Of a stretch of 64,000 nucleotides of DNA, positions 17,802 through 26,461 are shown one piece after another. The stretch spans positions 744,001 through 808,000 of the forward strand of contig NZ_JMCB01000001.1 of the NCBI RefSeq assembly GCF_000737315.1. The letters are read 5' to 3'. The stretch's first letter is position 1. Each line of letters opens with the position of its first letter. Position numbers and translations under genes: made by a program. Source of the DNA: Hyalangium minutum. GTDB lineage: Bacteria > Myxococcota > Myxococcia > Myxococcales > Myxococcaceae. The notes beneath the pieces were generated by a model. It made no database searches and was not told the DNA's origin. It worked only from the letters and a program-made list of their open reading frames with translations.

Positions 17802-17988
17802 CGTTCCCTCCGAAATCCGTCGAATGAGTGCCCGTCCTGGGACGGGACGCCGCGCTCGCGTCTAGACCCAAGGAGGCAAGTGAGTCAACGCAATTGGGTC
17901 AACAGAGGGGGAGGCTTTTGGCTTCTGTTCCGTCGACGGGAAAACCTTGAATCACCTCATTCATTTCGGAACAGTTCCCCGGGTCCGC

Positions 17989-19545
17989 ATGGCCGCGTCT
18001 TCCTCCCCTTCGTTCGAGCCCCTACCTTCGACACGGGGGCAGGTGCTGGCCGGGCTGTGGCTGTTGCTGGTGGCCACGCTGCTGTTCCGCCTGCCGGCGC
18101 TGCTCAACGCGCGCGGGGTGCACTCGGATGCGGCGGTGGTGGGGCTTCAGGCGCGCCACATGCTCCAAGGGGAAGGGTCCTGGTTCCTCTGGGGCGCGGG
18201 CTACCAGGGCTCGTTCGATGCCCTCATCACGGCGCTGGCCTTCCAGGTGGCGGGCTCCTCCCCTCTGGTGCTGATGCTGGTGCCGCTGGCGGGCCACGTG
18301 CTGGTGGAGGTGCTCACCTTCGACATCCTCCAGAAGCGGGTGGGAGCGGCGCTGGGGCTGGTGGCCACCCTGCCCGTGGTCTTCACGCCCCAGGCCATCA
18401 GCGCGGTGGTGCTCTATGCCCCGCGCCAGTGGAGCATCACCTGCATCTTCGTGGGGCTGTGGCTGCTGGATGGGGCGGCTGCCTCTGAGCGCCCGCTGCG
18501 GCGCTACGCCCTGGGCGCGCTCATGGGGCCGCTGGCGCTCTACCTGGATCTGTACACGCTGCAGCTCATGCCCGCCTTTGGCATCTTCGCGCTCGCGTGC
18601 TGCGTGGATGCGTGGCCGGGGCTGGCGGGCGGGGCGCGGCGGCTGGCAGCCACCGTGGCGGGTGGAGCGGTGGGGTGGCTCAGCCTCCAGTGGCTGCGGC
18701 AGCACGCGGGGGCCTCGGCCTCCACGACGCACCTCTCCCTCGAGCCGCTGGAGCGCAATGCCCGCCTGCTGTGGGACACCTGTCTGCCCTGGGTGCTGGG
18801 CTACGGCGTCTACGTACCAGGCCACCACCTCTATCCGGACCGCTGGGAGGCCCCCCTGCCCTTCGCCCTCGTCCAGAAGGTCGGGGCGGGGCTGCTCGTG
18901 CTGGGAATCATCGTCGGCGGGCTCTCGCTGTTCTTCCGGCGGCTGCCCTGGGGCGCGCGACGGCTGGGGCTCCTCGGAGCAGCGGTGAGCGGGGCGGCCG
19001 TGGGTGGCTTTCTGGTGTCCTCGATGCCCGCAGACATGTGGTCGGCGCGGTACCTGGCGCCCATCGTCTGGTTCGCCCCCTTCGCGCTGGCCCCGGCGGC
19101 CCTCTGGCTGAGAACCCGCCGCTTCACCTGGGCGATGACTCCGTACGTCCTCAGTGCGGCCGTGGGTGGATGGCTGAGCTACGGGCTGTACGTGGACGGC
19201 CCACTGCCCCGGCTCGATGCGCGAGGGGTGGCCCAGGAGGAGATGGAGGTGGCGCGGGTGCTGCGGGAGAAGGGCGTCACGGCGGGCGGGGCGCACTACT
19301 GGCTCGCGTACCGGCTCACCTTTCTCTTCGAGGAGAACCCGGTCCTCATACCGCTCGAGCCCGCCGAGGACCGCTACCCTCCCTACCGGGAAGCGTTCGA
19401 CCGGGCGAAGAAGGTGGCCTTCGTCTTCCACCCCTCCGAGCCCCGGGCGCAGCCGGAGTACCTCGAGAGCTTCCTCCGGAGCATCCACGCCCGCTACGAG
19501 CGGCTCGAGGTGGCGGGCTTCACGGTCCTCATCCACACCCGCTGA
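17989..19545 (+). CDS. Polytopic membrane protein, probable GT-C (ArnT/PMT-like) glycosyltransferase
   Basis: More than 10 TM segments, acidic HSDAA motif in the first loop after TM1, soluble C-terminal domain. Start uncertain (17947 TTG or 17989 ATG). Confidence 0.5.
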   Translation: MAASSSPSFEPLPSTRGQVLAGLWLLLVATLLFRLPALLNARGVHSDAAVVGLQARHMLQGEGSWFLWGAGYQGSFDALITALAFQVAGSSPLVLMLVPLAGHVLVEVLTFDILQKRVGAALGLVATLPVVFTPQAISAVVLYAPRQWSITCIFVGLWLLDGAAASERPLRRYALGALMGPLALYLDLYTLQLMPAFGIFALACCVDAWPGLAGGARRLAATVAGGAVGWLSLQWLRQHAGASASTTHLSLEPLERNARLLWDTCLPWVLGYGVYVPGHHLYPDRWEAPLPFALVQKVGAGLLVLGIIVGGLSLFFRRLPWGARRLGLLGAAVSGAAVGGFLVSSMPADMWSARYLAPIVWFAPFALAPAALWLRTRRFTWAMTPYVLSAAVGGWLSYGLYVDGPLPRLDARGVAQEEMEVARVLREKGVTAGGAHYWLAYRLTFLFEENPVLIPLEPAEDRYPPYREAFDRAKKVAFVFHPSEPRAQPEYLESFLRSIHARYERLEVAGFTVLIHTR

Positions 19546-19548
19546 GCC

Positions 19549-19570
19549 GGGAGCGTTCGGCCGCTCCCTT
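19549..19570 (+). terminator. Possible intrinsic terminator or hairpin GGGAGCG-N6-CGCTCCC-TT
   Basis: 7-bp stem 3 nt after the stop codon, with only a short T tract. Confidence 0.35.
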
Positions 19571-19673
19571 GCATCATGCTGGACCCTGTAGCGCCGAAGT
19601 CCTTGAATCCTCTCACCCTTTCTCGAACAGTGTGGCCCGCTGGCCACACCCCGCGCCCCGAGGTCCACGCTTC

Positions 19674-21188
19674 ATGCCCGCGTCCGTGCTGATCGTCGAT
19701 GACGAGAAGAACATCCTGCTCACGCTGAGCCAGTCGCTGCAGCTGGCCGGGTACCACACAGAGCTGGCGAGCTCCGGGCAGGTGGCGCTGGACGTGGCCT
19801 CGGCGCGGCCGGTGGACGCAGTGCTGATGGACGTGAAGATGCCGGACATGGATGGGCTCACGGCGCTGGGGCGCCTGCACGAGATGAAGCCGGAGCTGCC
19901 CGTCATCATGATGTCGGGGCACGGGACCATCGACACGGCGGTGAAGGCCACGCAGCTCGGGGCGAGGGACTTCCTGGAGAAGCCCATCGCGCGGGACCGG
20001 CTGCTGGTGGCGCTGCGCAACGTGCTCAAGCACCAGGCGGTCATCGAGGAGCTGCAGGAGCTGCGGGCACAGCTGGGCCGCTACGACATGGTGGGCACGG
20101 GGCCGGCCATGCAGCGCATCTTCTCGCTCATCCAGCGCACGGCGCCCTCCGAGGGCCGCGTCCTCATCACGGGTGAGAACGGCACGGGCAAGGAGCTGAT
20201 CGCGCGGGCGCTGCACCAGCACTCGCGGCGCAAGAACGAGCCGTTCGTGAAGCTCAACTGCGCGGCGGTGCCGCACGAACTCATCGAGAGCGAGCTGTTC
20301 GGCCACGAGAAGGGCGCCTTCACCGGAGCAGTGAGCGTGCGGCGCGGCAAGTTCGAACTGGCGCACGCGGGGACGCTCTTCCTGGACGAGATTGGCGACA
20401 TGCCGTCCGCCATGCAGGCCAAGCTGCTGCGGGTGCTGCAAGAGGGCGAGCTGGAGCGCGTGGGCGGCGCGGAGACAATCAAGGTGGACGTGCGGGTCAT
20501 CGCCGCGACGAACAAGAACCTGGAGAAGGAGATCGCGGACGGCCACTTCCGCGAGGACCTCTACTACCGCATCAACGTGGTGCAGATTCACTCCCCTCCT
20601 CTCCGGGAGCGGCGCGAGGACCTGCCGGATCTGATCGACACCTTCCTGACGGAGTCGTGCGCGCGCAATGGGCGCAAGCCGCTGAAGCTGTCGCCGGAGG
20701 CGCTGTCGGTGATGGCCTCGTACGACTACCCAGGCAACGTGCGCGAGCTGCGCAACCTGGTGGAGCGGCTGGCCATCCTCTGTGAGGGCCCGGTGGTCTC
20801 AGGCCCCGAGGCCGTGGAGTTGCTCCCCCGAGGCAGAGGAGGCGCAGTGCCGATCCCCTCCCCGGCCGCTCCCTCGGCGGTTTTCCCGGCGGTGGCGCCC
20901 CCCATGGCGCCAGCCTCACCTCCCTCCGAGGCGGCTCCCACCCGTGCTCCCGAGCCGGCGCCCCAAGTGGGCTTCCGTCCCCGGGTGGACCGCACCTTCC
21001 GGGAGCAGGTGGAGGACGCGGAGCGGGAGATCATCCTCCACACGCTGGCGCACACGCAGGACAACGTGACGGAGGCCGCGCGCCTCCTGGACCTGGAGCG
21101 CGGCCACTTCTACAAGAAGATGAAGGCCCTGGGCCTGCGGCGGAGCGCGGCGGACAAGGAGCCCACGCAGGGCCCCAGCGGAGAGTGA
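19674..21188 (+). CDS. crdA: NtrC-like sigma54-dependent response regulator (CrdA-like)
   Basis: Receiver (MDVKMP), GENGTGKE, ESELFGHEKGAFTGA, LFLDEIG, YPGNVREL and a Fis HTH. Divergent from crdB. Confidence 0.82.
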   Translation: MPASVLIVDDEKNILLTLSQSLQLAGYHTELASSGQVALDVASARPVDAVLMDVKMPDMDGLTALGRLHEMKPELPVIMMSGHGTIDTAVKATQLGARDFLEKPIARDRLLVALRNVLKHQAVIEELQELRAQLGRYDMVGTGPAMQRIFSLIQRTAPSEGRVLITGENGTGKELIARALHQHSRRKNEPFVKLNCAAVPHELIESELFGHEKGAFTGAVSVRRGKFELAHAGTLFLDEIGDMPSAMQAKLLRVLQEGELERVGGAETIKVDVRVIAATNKNLEKEIADGHFREDLYYRINVVQIHSPPLRERREDLPDLIDTFLTESCARNGRKPLKLSPEALSVMASYDYPGNVRELRNLVERLAILCEGPVVSGPEAVELLPRGRGGAVPIPSPAAPSAVFPAVAPPMAPASPPSEAAPTRAPEPAPQVGFRPRVDRTFREQVEDAEREIILHTLAHTQDNVTEAARLLDLERGHFYKKMKALGLRRSAADKEPTQGPSGE

Positions 21189-21198
21189 GGACAGAGCC

Positions 21199-21873
21199 TC
21201 AGGCCGCGACGCGCTCGATGCACTCGGGCACGTCGTTGCTGGGCGAGTTCACCACGCGCGCCACCTCGTACATGTCGAGAGCGTCCTCCGCGTAGGGCAC
21301 CAGCAACGGCATCAAGGCCGCGGCCTCCTGCGGCTCCGGACGCAGCCACTGCTCCTGCCCCTCCTTCGAGAGGATGACGGGCATCCGATCGTGGATGGGG
21401 GTCACGAGCGCGTTGGGGCCCGTGGTGATGAGGCAGCAGGTGCGAATCACCTCGCCCGTCTCGGGAGAGGTCCACTCCTCCCACAGCCCAGCGAGCGCGA
21501 GCGGCTTCCGGTCCTTGCGGTGGAAGAAGAACGGCGTCTTCGGCTTCGTGGACTGCTTCCACTCGTAGTAGCCGTCGACGAGCACCAGGCAGCGCTTGCG
21601 CTTGAGCGCCGAGCGGAAGCTGGGCTTCTCGGCCACCGTCTCGCAGCGCGCGTTGATGAGCTTGTTGGCGATGGACGCGTCCTTCGCCCAGCCAGGGATG
21701 AGCCCCCAGCGGTACGTATCCAGCATCCGCTGCCCGTCATTGGCGACGATGGGCATCATCTGCGTCGGGGCCAGATTGAACCGGGGACGCTCGATGGCAT
21801 TGCGGATACCGGCAAGGCCGAACTCACGCGCGAGGTCCACCGCAGGGGTCTGAACGGTCACACGTCCACACAT
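21199..21873 (-). CDS. SRAP / YedK (HMCES-like) abasic-site protection protein
   Basis: N-terminal MCGR, FNLAPTQ, INARCET, GYYEW and IHDRMPVIL. Confidence 0.92.
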   Translation of the reverse strand: MCGRVTVQTPAVDLAREFGLAGIRNAIERPRFNLAPTQMMPIVANDGQRMLDTYRWGLIPGWAKDASIANKLINARCETVAEKPSFRSALKRKRCLVLVDGYYEWKQSTKPKTPFFFHRKDRKPLALAGLWEEWTSPETGEVIRTCCLITTGPNALVTPIHDRMPVILSKEGQEQWLRPEPQEAAALMPLLVPYAEDALDMYEVARVVNSPSNDVPECIERVAA

Positions 21874-22075
21874 GGGCCGGAGTATCGCCCCGCCGAGCGG
21901 CCACTCCAAGCACTACTCGGGGGGAGCAGCGAAGCCCTCCAGGAAGGTCGTCGAGGGACCCGCCAGCCGGGCCAGCGTCTCCTCGAGTGCGTCCTGGCTG
22001 CCCCCGCAAAGAAAACCGGCGTGGGACCGGAGCGCTCCGTTCCCACGCCGGGAAGACATTGCCAGAGGCCGTGGA

Positions 22076-24076
22076 CTACTGGGTGATGTTCACCCCGGCC
22101 TCATCGAGGAAGAAGCTCGTGGCGGCCGACGCGTCCTCGGTGCCGTTGAAGTAGATGCGGATCGTCTGGCCCTTGTACGCGGACAAATCGAAGGTCTTCT
22201 GCGCGTAGGCCGTGGACTTATCCAGGTTGCTGTAGGTGGCCAGCGTCGCCTTCACGGTGTTCGCGCTGTCGCGGACCTGGATGGCCAGCTTGTCGTAGGC
22301 CGTCGCCGTGGTGGTCTCCGACGTGGTGATCTTCACGAAGAACGTCAGCGAGGCGCTGCACGCAGTCGCCGGGATGGAAATCTGCTGGTAGGCGTAGTCG
22401 GTACGAGCGCTGCCGTAGCCGTTCAGCCACGCCTTGGAGGTGCCCGCGTACGGCGCGCTGCCGCTGGTCGTCGCGTTGATGACGCCCGAGCTGGTGGTCC
22501 AGCCCGAGGTGCCCTCGAAGCCCGGGTTGATGAGCAACTGGGTCGCGGTGGAGCAGCTGCCCGTGGTGTTGTTCACCGAGACAGACACCGGCGCGGAGGT
22601 GGCCGTGTTGCCGGCCGCATCGAACGCCTTCGTCGTCAGCGAGTAGGTGCCATTGGCCACCGTCGCGGTGTTCCAGTCGAAGCTGTACGGCGAGCTGGTG
22701 TCCGAGCCCAGCAGCGTGGTGCCCGAGTAGAACTCCACCTTCGTCACGCCCACGTTGTCCGAGGCGCTGGCGCTGATGGTGGCGGTGCCGCCCAGCGTAG
22801 CGCCCCCGGCCGGCGAGGTGATGGAGGTGCTCGGCGCCGTGGTGTCCACCGGAGGAGGCGTGCCGCCGCCGATGAAGCTGGTGTACAGCAGCACGTTCGG
22901 CGAGCCCGTGCCGGGGCTGGTCACCTTGTTCTGAGTGCCGTTGCTCACCAGCGCGTCACGCACCTGCTGCGGCGTGGCGGTGGGGTTGGCGCCCAGGTAC
23001 AGCGCCGCCGCGCCGGCCACGTGCGGGCTGGCCATGGAGGTGCCGCTCATGGAGGTGGAGCCCGTGTTGCTGCTGTTGGAGGCCGAGGTGATGCTCGAGC
23101 CCGGCGCGAAGATATCCAGGCACGTGCCGTAGTTGGAGAACGAGGAGCGCGCATCGCTGCTCGTGGTGGAGCCCACGGTGATGGCTGCCGGGGCGCGGGC
23201 CGGCGAGTAGTTGCAAGCGTTGGTGCTGTCGTTGCCCGCGGCGACGGCGAACACGATGCCCGCGTTGACGGCGGCGGTGACCGCGTCATCCAGAGGCTGC
23301 GAGGCGTCGCCACCGAGGCTCATGTTCGCCACGGCCGGCTTGACGTGGTTCTGCACCACCCACTCGATGCCGGCGATCACCTGCGCGTCCGTGCCGTAGC
23401 CGCTGCAGTCCAGCACGCGCACCGGGTGGATCGTTACGCCCTTGGCGACGCCCCAGGTGGTGCCGCCCACCGTGCCCGCCACGTGCGTGCCATGGCCGTG
23501 GCAGTCCGCGCCGGTGCCGCCCGTGGTGATGGCGTCGAACCCGTTGCCCATGCGGCCCGTGAACTGGCTGTGCGTCAGCCGCACGCCCGTGTCCACGATG
23601 TACGCGTGCACGCCGCTCGCGTCGTTGTTGTAGGTGTAGGTCTGGTTCAGCGGCAGGCTCGTCTGATCGATGCGGTCGATGCCCCAGGTGGCGCCCGTCT
23701 GGGTGGCACCCACCTGCACGTAGCCGTTCTCCTGCACGTAGGCCACGCGAGGATCCTGCAGCAGCTTCTGGACCTGCGCCTCGGACAGCCGCAGCGTGAA
23801 GCCCTTGAGCGCCGCCTTATAGGAGTGGAGCACCTGCCCGCCGTGCTTGAGCGCCACTTCCTGCGCGATGCTCTCCGAGCCGAGCTGCGCTACCTCCTTG
23901 AGCTCGTTCTTCAGCACGACGATGTACTCGCCAGGGACGGGCTTCGAGCTCCGCAGGAGCTGGGCCACCTGGCCGACCTTCGGCTCTTCGTCCAGGAACT
24001 CCTGGCCTTCCATGCCACCGCATGCGGTGACTGCCAGGAACGAGAGGGTGCACGCAGCTTGCTTGATGCGCTTCAT
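22076..24076 (-). CDS. S8 subtilase (aqualysin/proteinase K-like) lipoprotein with I9 propeptide, Ig-like domain and C-terminal beta-sandwich
   Basis: Lipobox-like VTA-C. Catalytic triad in IVDTG, HGTHVAG and GTSMASPH. AAGN oxyanion motif. Confidence 0.92.
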   Translation of the reverse strand: MKRIKQAACTLSFLAVTACGGMEGQEFLDEEPKVGQVAQLLRSSKPVPGEYIVVLKNELKEVAQLGSESIAQEVALKHGGQVLHSYKAALKGFTLRLSEAQVQKLLQDPRVAYVQENGYVQVGATQTGATWGIDRIDQTSLPLNQTYTYNNDASGVHAYIVDTGVRLTHSQFTGRMGNGFDAITTGGTGADCHGHGTHVAGTVGGTTWGVAKGVTIHPVRVLDCSGYGTDAQVIAGIEWVVQNHVKPAVANMSLGGDASQPLDDAVTAAVNAGIVFAVAAGNDSTNACNYSPARAPAAITVGSTTSSDARSSFSNYGTCLDIFAPGSSITSASNSSNTGSTSMSGTSMASPHVAGAAALYLGANPTATPQQVRDALVSNGTQNKVTSPGTGSPNVLLYTSFIGGGTPPPVDTTAPSTSITSPAGGATLGGTATISASASDNVGVTKVEFYSGTTLLGSDTSSPYSFDWNTATVANGTYSLTTKAFDAAGNTATSAPVSVSVNNTTGSCSTATQLLINPGFEGTSGWTTSSGVINATTSGSAPYAGTSKAWLNGYGSARTDYAYQQISIPATACSASLTFFVKITTSETTTATAYDKLAIQVRDSANTVKATLATYSNLDKSTAYAQKTFDLSAYKGQTIRIYFNGTEDASAATSFFLDEAGVNITQ

Positions 24077-24287
24077 ACGACCTCGGGGGATGAGAGAAAG
24101 AAGTGGCGCCGCGGAGCGCCGGGATGACACGGCGCGTGAAGGTACAGGCCCCAATTCCTTTCGGTCAATCCCCGCTAAGTCGAATTCGTCAGGTTTACAT
24201 GTATGACTTTGATTGTCGCAAGAGCAAAATTTTCCATTTTTGAGCTACTGTAACTCAGTAACACCTGCCTCCGAGCTTCGGGCCGGT

Positions 24288-25709
24288 TCAGGCCGGAAGT
24301 TTGATGCCGGACAGCCGCTGGTAGAGCTCCACGGCGAAGCCGTCGGTCATGCCGGAGATGTAGTCGGTGACACAGAGCAAGCGCTGGTACGGGGTGAGGT
24401 TGCTGATGGCCTTGTTGCGATCCAGCTCGTGTCCGCCTGGCCTCTGGAGGAACTCGAGCGGGAGCAGCTGGCGCAGCTTCTTCTCCTCCTTGTTGGGAGC
24501 GTCCGTGACGATGGAGGAGGCGAACATGTCCAGCAGCCCGCCCAGGGTCTTGAAGCCCGCACTCTCGATCTGCAGCACACGCTCGCTCTGGTAGCCCTTC
24601 TCACGGGTGATGTTCCGGATGGCGTCCACGCGGCTCGACATGGACTCGCGCACGGAGACGAGTGACTTCTCCCAGCGCCCCTGCTCCATCTCCTGGACAG
24701 TCTCGGAGAACACGGCCACGCACTCCTGGATGAGCACCCCAATGGCGCCCGAGCGCAGCACGCCCAGGCGGCTCTCGGACTGGAGCTCAGTCTGCGGGCC
24801 CTCCGGCGGGGGCTCCTGCGCGGAGGGGCCTGACTCCTTCATCCGCGCCAGCCCCTCTAGCAGCGAGCAAGCCGTGTCCATGGGGATGAGGCCCAGCATG
24901 GCCGAGTCCTCCAGGTCGATGACCGTGTAGCAGATGTCATCCGCGGCCTCGACGAGGAAGGCCAGCGGGTGACGAGCAAAGGAGCCCGGAGCGCGCTCGG
25001 CCAGAGCGAGCTCCTTGAAGGCCTCGCGCGCCAGCTCCGCGTCGTCCTGGAAGTACCCGAACTTCTTCTCCGAGATGAACTGCTTGTCCCGTGCCCGGCC
25101 TGGGATGACGGAGGGACTCGGGTACTTGCTCATGGCGCCCAGCGTGGCGACGGTGTAGCGCATGCCGCCCTTGCGCTCGCGGGCCTGGAGCCGGTTGAGG
25201 ATGCGGAAGCCCTGCGCGTTGCCCTCGAAGCGCATGAGGTCCTGCCACTCGGCCTCGGAGGCAAAGAAGCTCGGTGGGCCCGAGGGCTTGGGCGGCCAGG
25301 CGGGAAGCTTCTGCTCGGCCCAGTGCTGGATGGCGGCCTCTCCCGAGTGGCCAAACGGCGGATTGCCGATGTCGTGCGCAAGGCATGCCGCGGCGACGAT
25401 CGTGCCCAGATGGGCAGGCTCCACCTCCACGCCCTGGCGATTCAGGGCCTTGCCCGCGAGCTGCCCCAGCGTGCGCCCCACGCACGAGGCTTCGATGCTG
25501 TGGGTCAGCCGCGTCCGCGTGTAGTCGCTGGTGGAGAGCGGGAAAACCTGGGTCTTGTCGTGCAGCCGCCGGAAGGCGCTGGAGAAGACGATGCGGTCAT
25601 AGTCAATGTCGTACTCGGTGCGCTCCTCATTGACTCGGGGCGGGTAGCGGGAACCGAGGCGCTGTCCCGACAACAGCTGCTTCCATCGCTCGTTTCGTTC
25701 CTTGCTCAC
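24288..25709 (-). CDS. dgt: dGTP triphosphohydrolase (HD domain)
   Basis: DYDRIVFSSAFRRLHDKTQVF, RTRLTHS, LAHDIGNPPFGHSGE, FEGNAQ, EAADDICY and DYISGMTD. GGAGG SD before GTG 25709. Confidence 0.92.
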   Translation of the reverse strand: MSKERNERWKQLLSGQRLGSRYPPRVNEERTEYDIDYDRIVFSSAFRRLHDKTQVFPLSTSDYTRTRLTHSIEASCVGRTLGQLAGKALNRQGVEVEPAHLGTIVAAACLAHDIGNPPFGHSGEAAIQHWAEQKLPAWPPKPSGPPSFFASEAEWQDLMRFEGNAQGFRILNRLQARERKGGMRYTVATLGAMSKYPSPSVIPGRARDKQFISEKKFGYFQDDAELAREAFKELALAERAPGSFARHPLAFLVEAADDICYTVIDLEDSAMLGLIPMDTACSLLEGLARMKESGPSAQEPPPEGPQTELQSESRLGVLRSGAIGVLIQECVAVFSETVQEMEQGRWEKSLVSVRESMSSRVDAIRNITREKGYQSERVLQIESAGFKTLGGLLDMFASSIVTDAPNKEEKKLRQLLPLEFLQRPGGHELDRNKAISNLTPYQRLLCVTDYISGMTDGFAVELYQRLSGIKLPA

Positions 25710-25769
25710 GGTGGGCGCGTCCTCCAAATTGCTGGCGGCGCATCCTGATTCTCTTACCGGGAGGTAGCA

Positions 25770-26297
25770 ATGAGGCTGAAGGCACTGTGTGTCGCTGTGT
25801 CGTTTCTGGCGGTTCCGGGCATGGCCCTGGCTCAGAGCCCGCTCGACAAGTTCAAGAACGCCGCAGGCAAGAAGGTGGAGGAGACGACCAAGGGAACGCT
25901 GGAGAAGAAGGTCAACGCGAAGCTGAAGGACGAGGCCAGCAAGAACCAGTGCAGCTTCAAGTCCGGCACGGACGTGCTGGAGCCGGGCTGTGACCAGAAG
26001 CTGAAGAACCTGTCCAACGCGCTGGTGGACGCGAAGAAGCAGCTCGATTCCTCGGGGGTCAAGAACTACAAGTTCGAGGTCTCCGGCCACACGGACTCGT
26101 CTGGCGACGCGGCGAAGAACAAGCAGCTGAGCGAGAAGCGCGCGGCCGTCATCGTGAAGGAGCTGGTGGCGCGCGGCGTTCCCCAGAGTGAAATCATCGC
26201 CATCGGGCGCGGCTCGGAGCAGATGCTGGTGAAGCCGGACAACACGGCCGCGAAGAAGGCGAAGAACCGGCGCTACGAGATCCAGGTCCGGTTCTGA
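25770..26297 (+). CDS. Small secreted OmpA-C-like peptidoglycan-binding protein
   Basis: Signal peptide, VSGHTDSSG, NKQLSEKRA and NRRYEI. GGGAGG SD. Confidence 0.8.
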   Translation: MRLKALCVAVSFLAVPGMALAQSPLDKFKNAAGKKVEETTKGTLEKKVNAKLKDEASKNQCSFKSGTDVLEPGCDQKLKNLSNALVDAKKQLDSSGVKNYKFEVSGHTDSSGDAAKNKQLSEKRAAVIVKELVARGVPQSEIIAIGRGSEQMLVKPDNTAAKKAKNRRYEIQVRF

Positions 26298-26461
26298 CCG
26301 AAGGCCGTGGGCCCCCTCGGCCAGCAAGGGTCGAAGGGGGGCGGCCCCAGGGCTTGGCGGAACACTGCGTCACAGAGAAGCGGGCCTGGGATAGCGCTCA
26401 ACTTCTCAGGTCCCCATCCGATTGGAGTCGCCTGCCCGGCCAGCATCCATACAATTGGGCC

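Noticed and set aside
19578-19593. sigma54 promoter for crdA (CTGGACCCTGTAGCGC)
   Set aside because: Only the GG-N10-GC spacing fits. The flanks are a poor match, and such spacing is common in GC-rich DNA.
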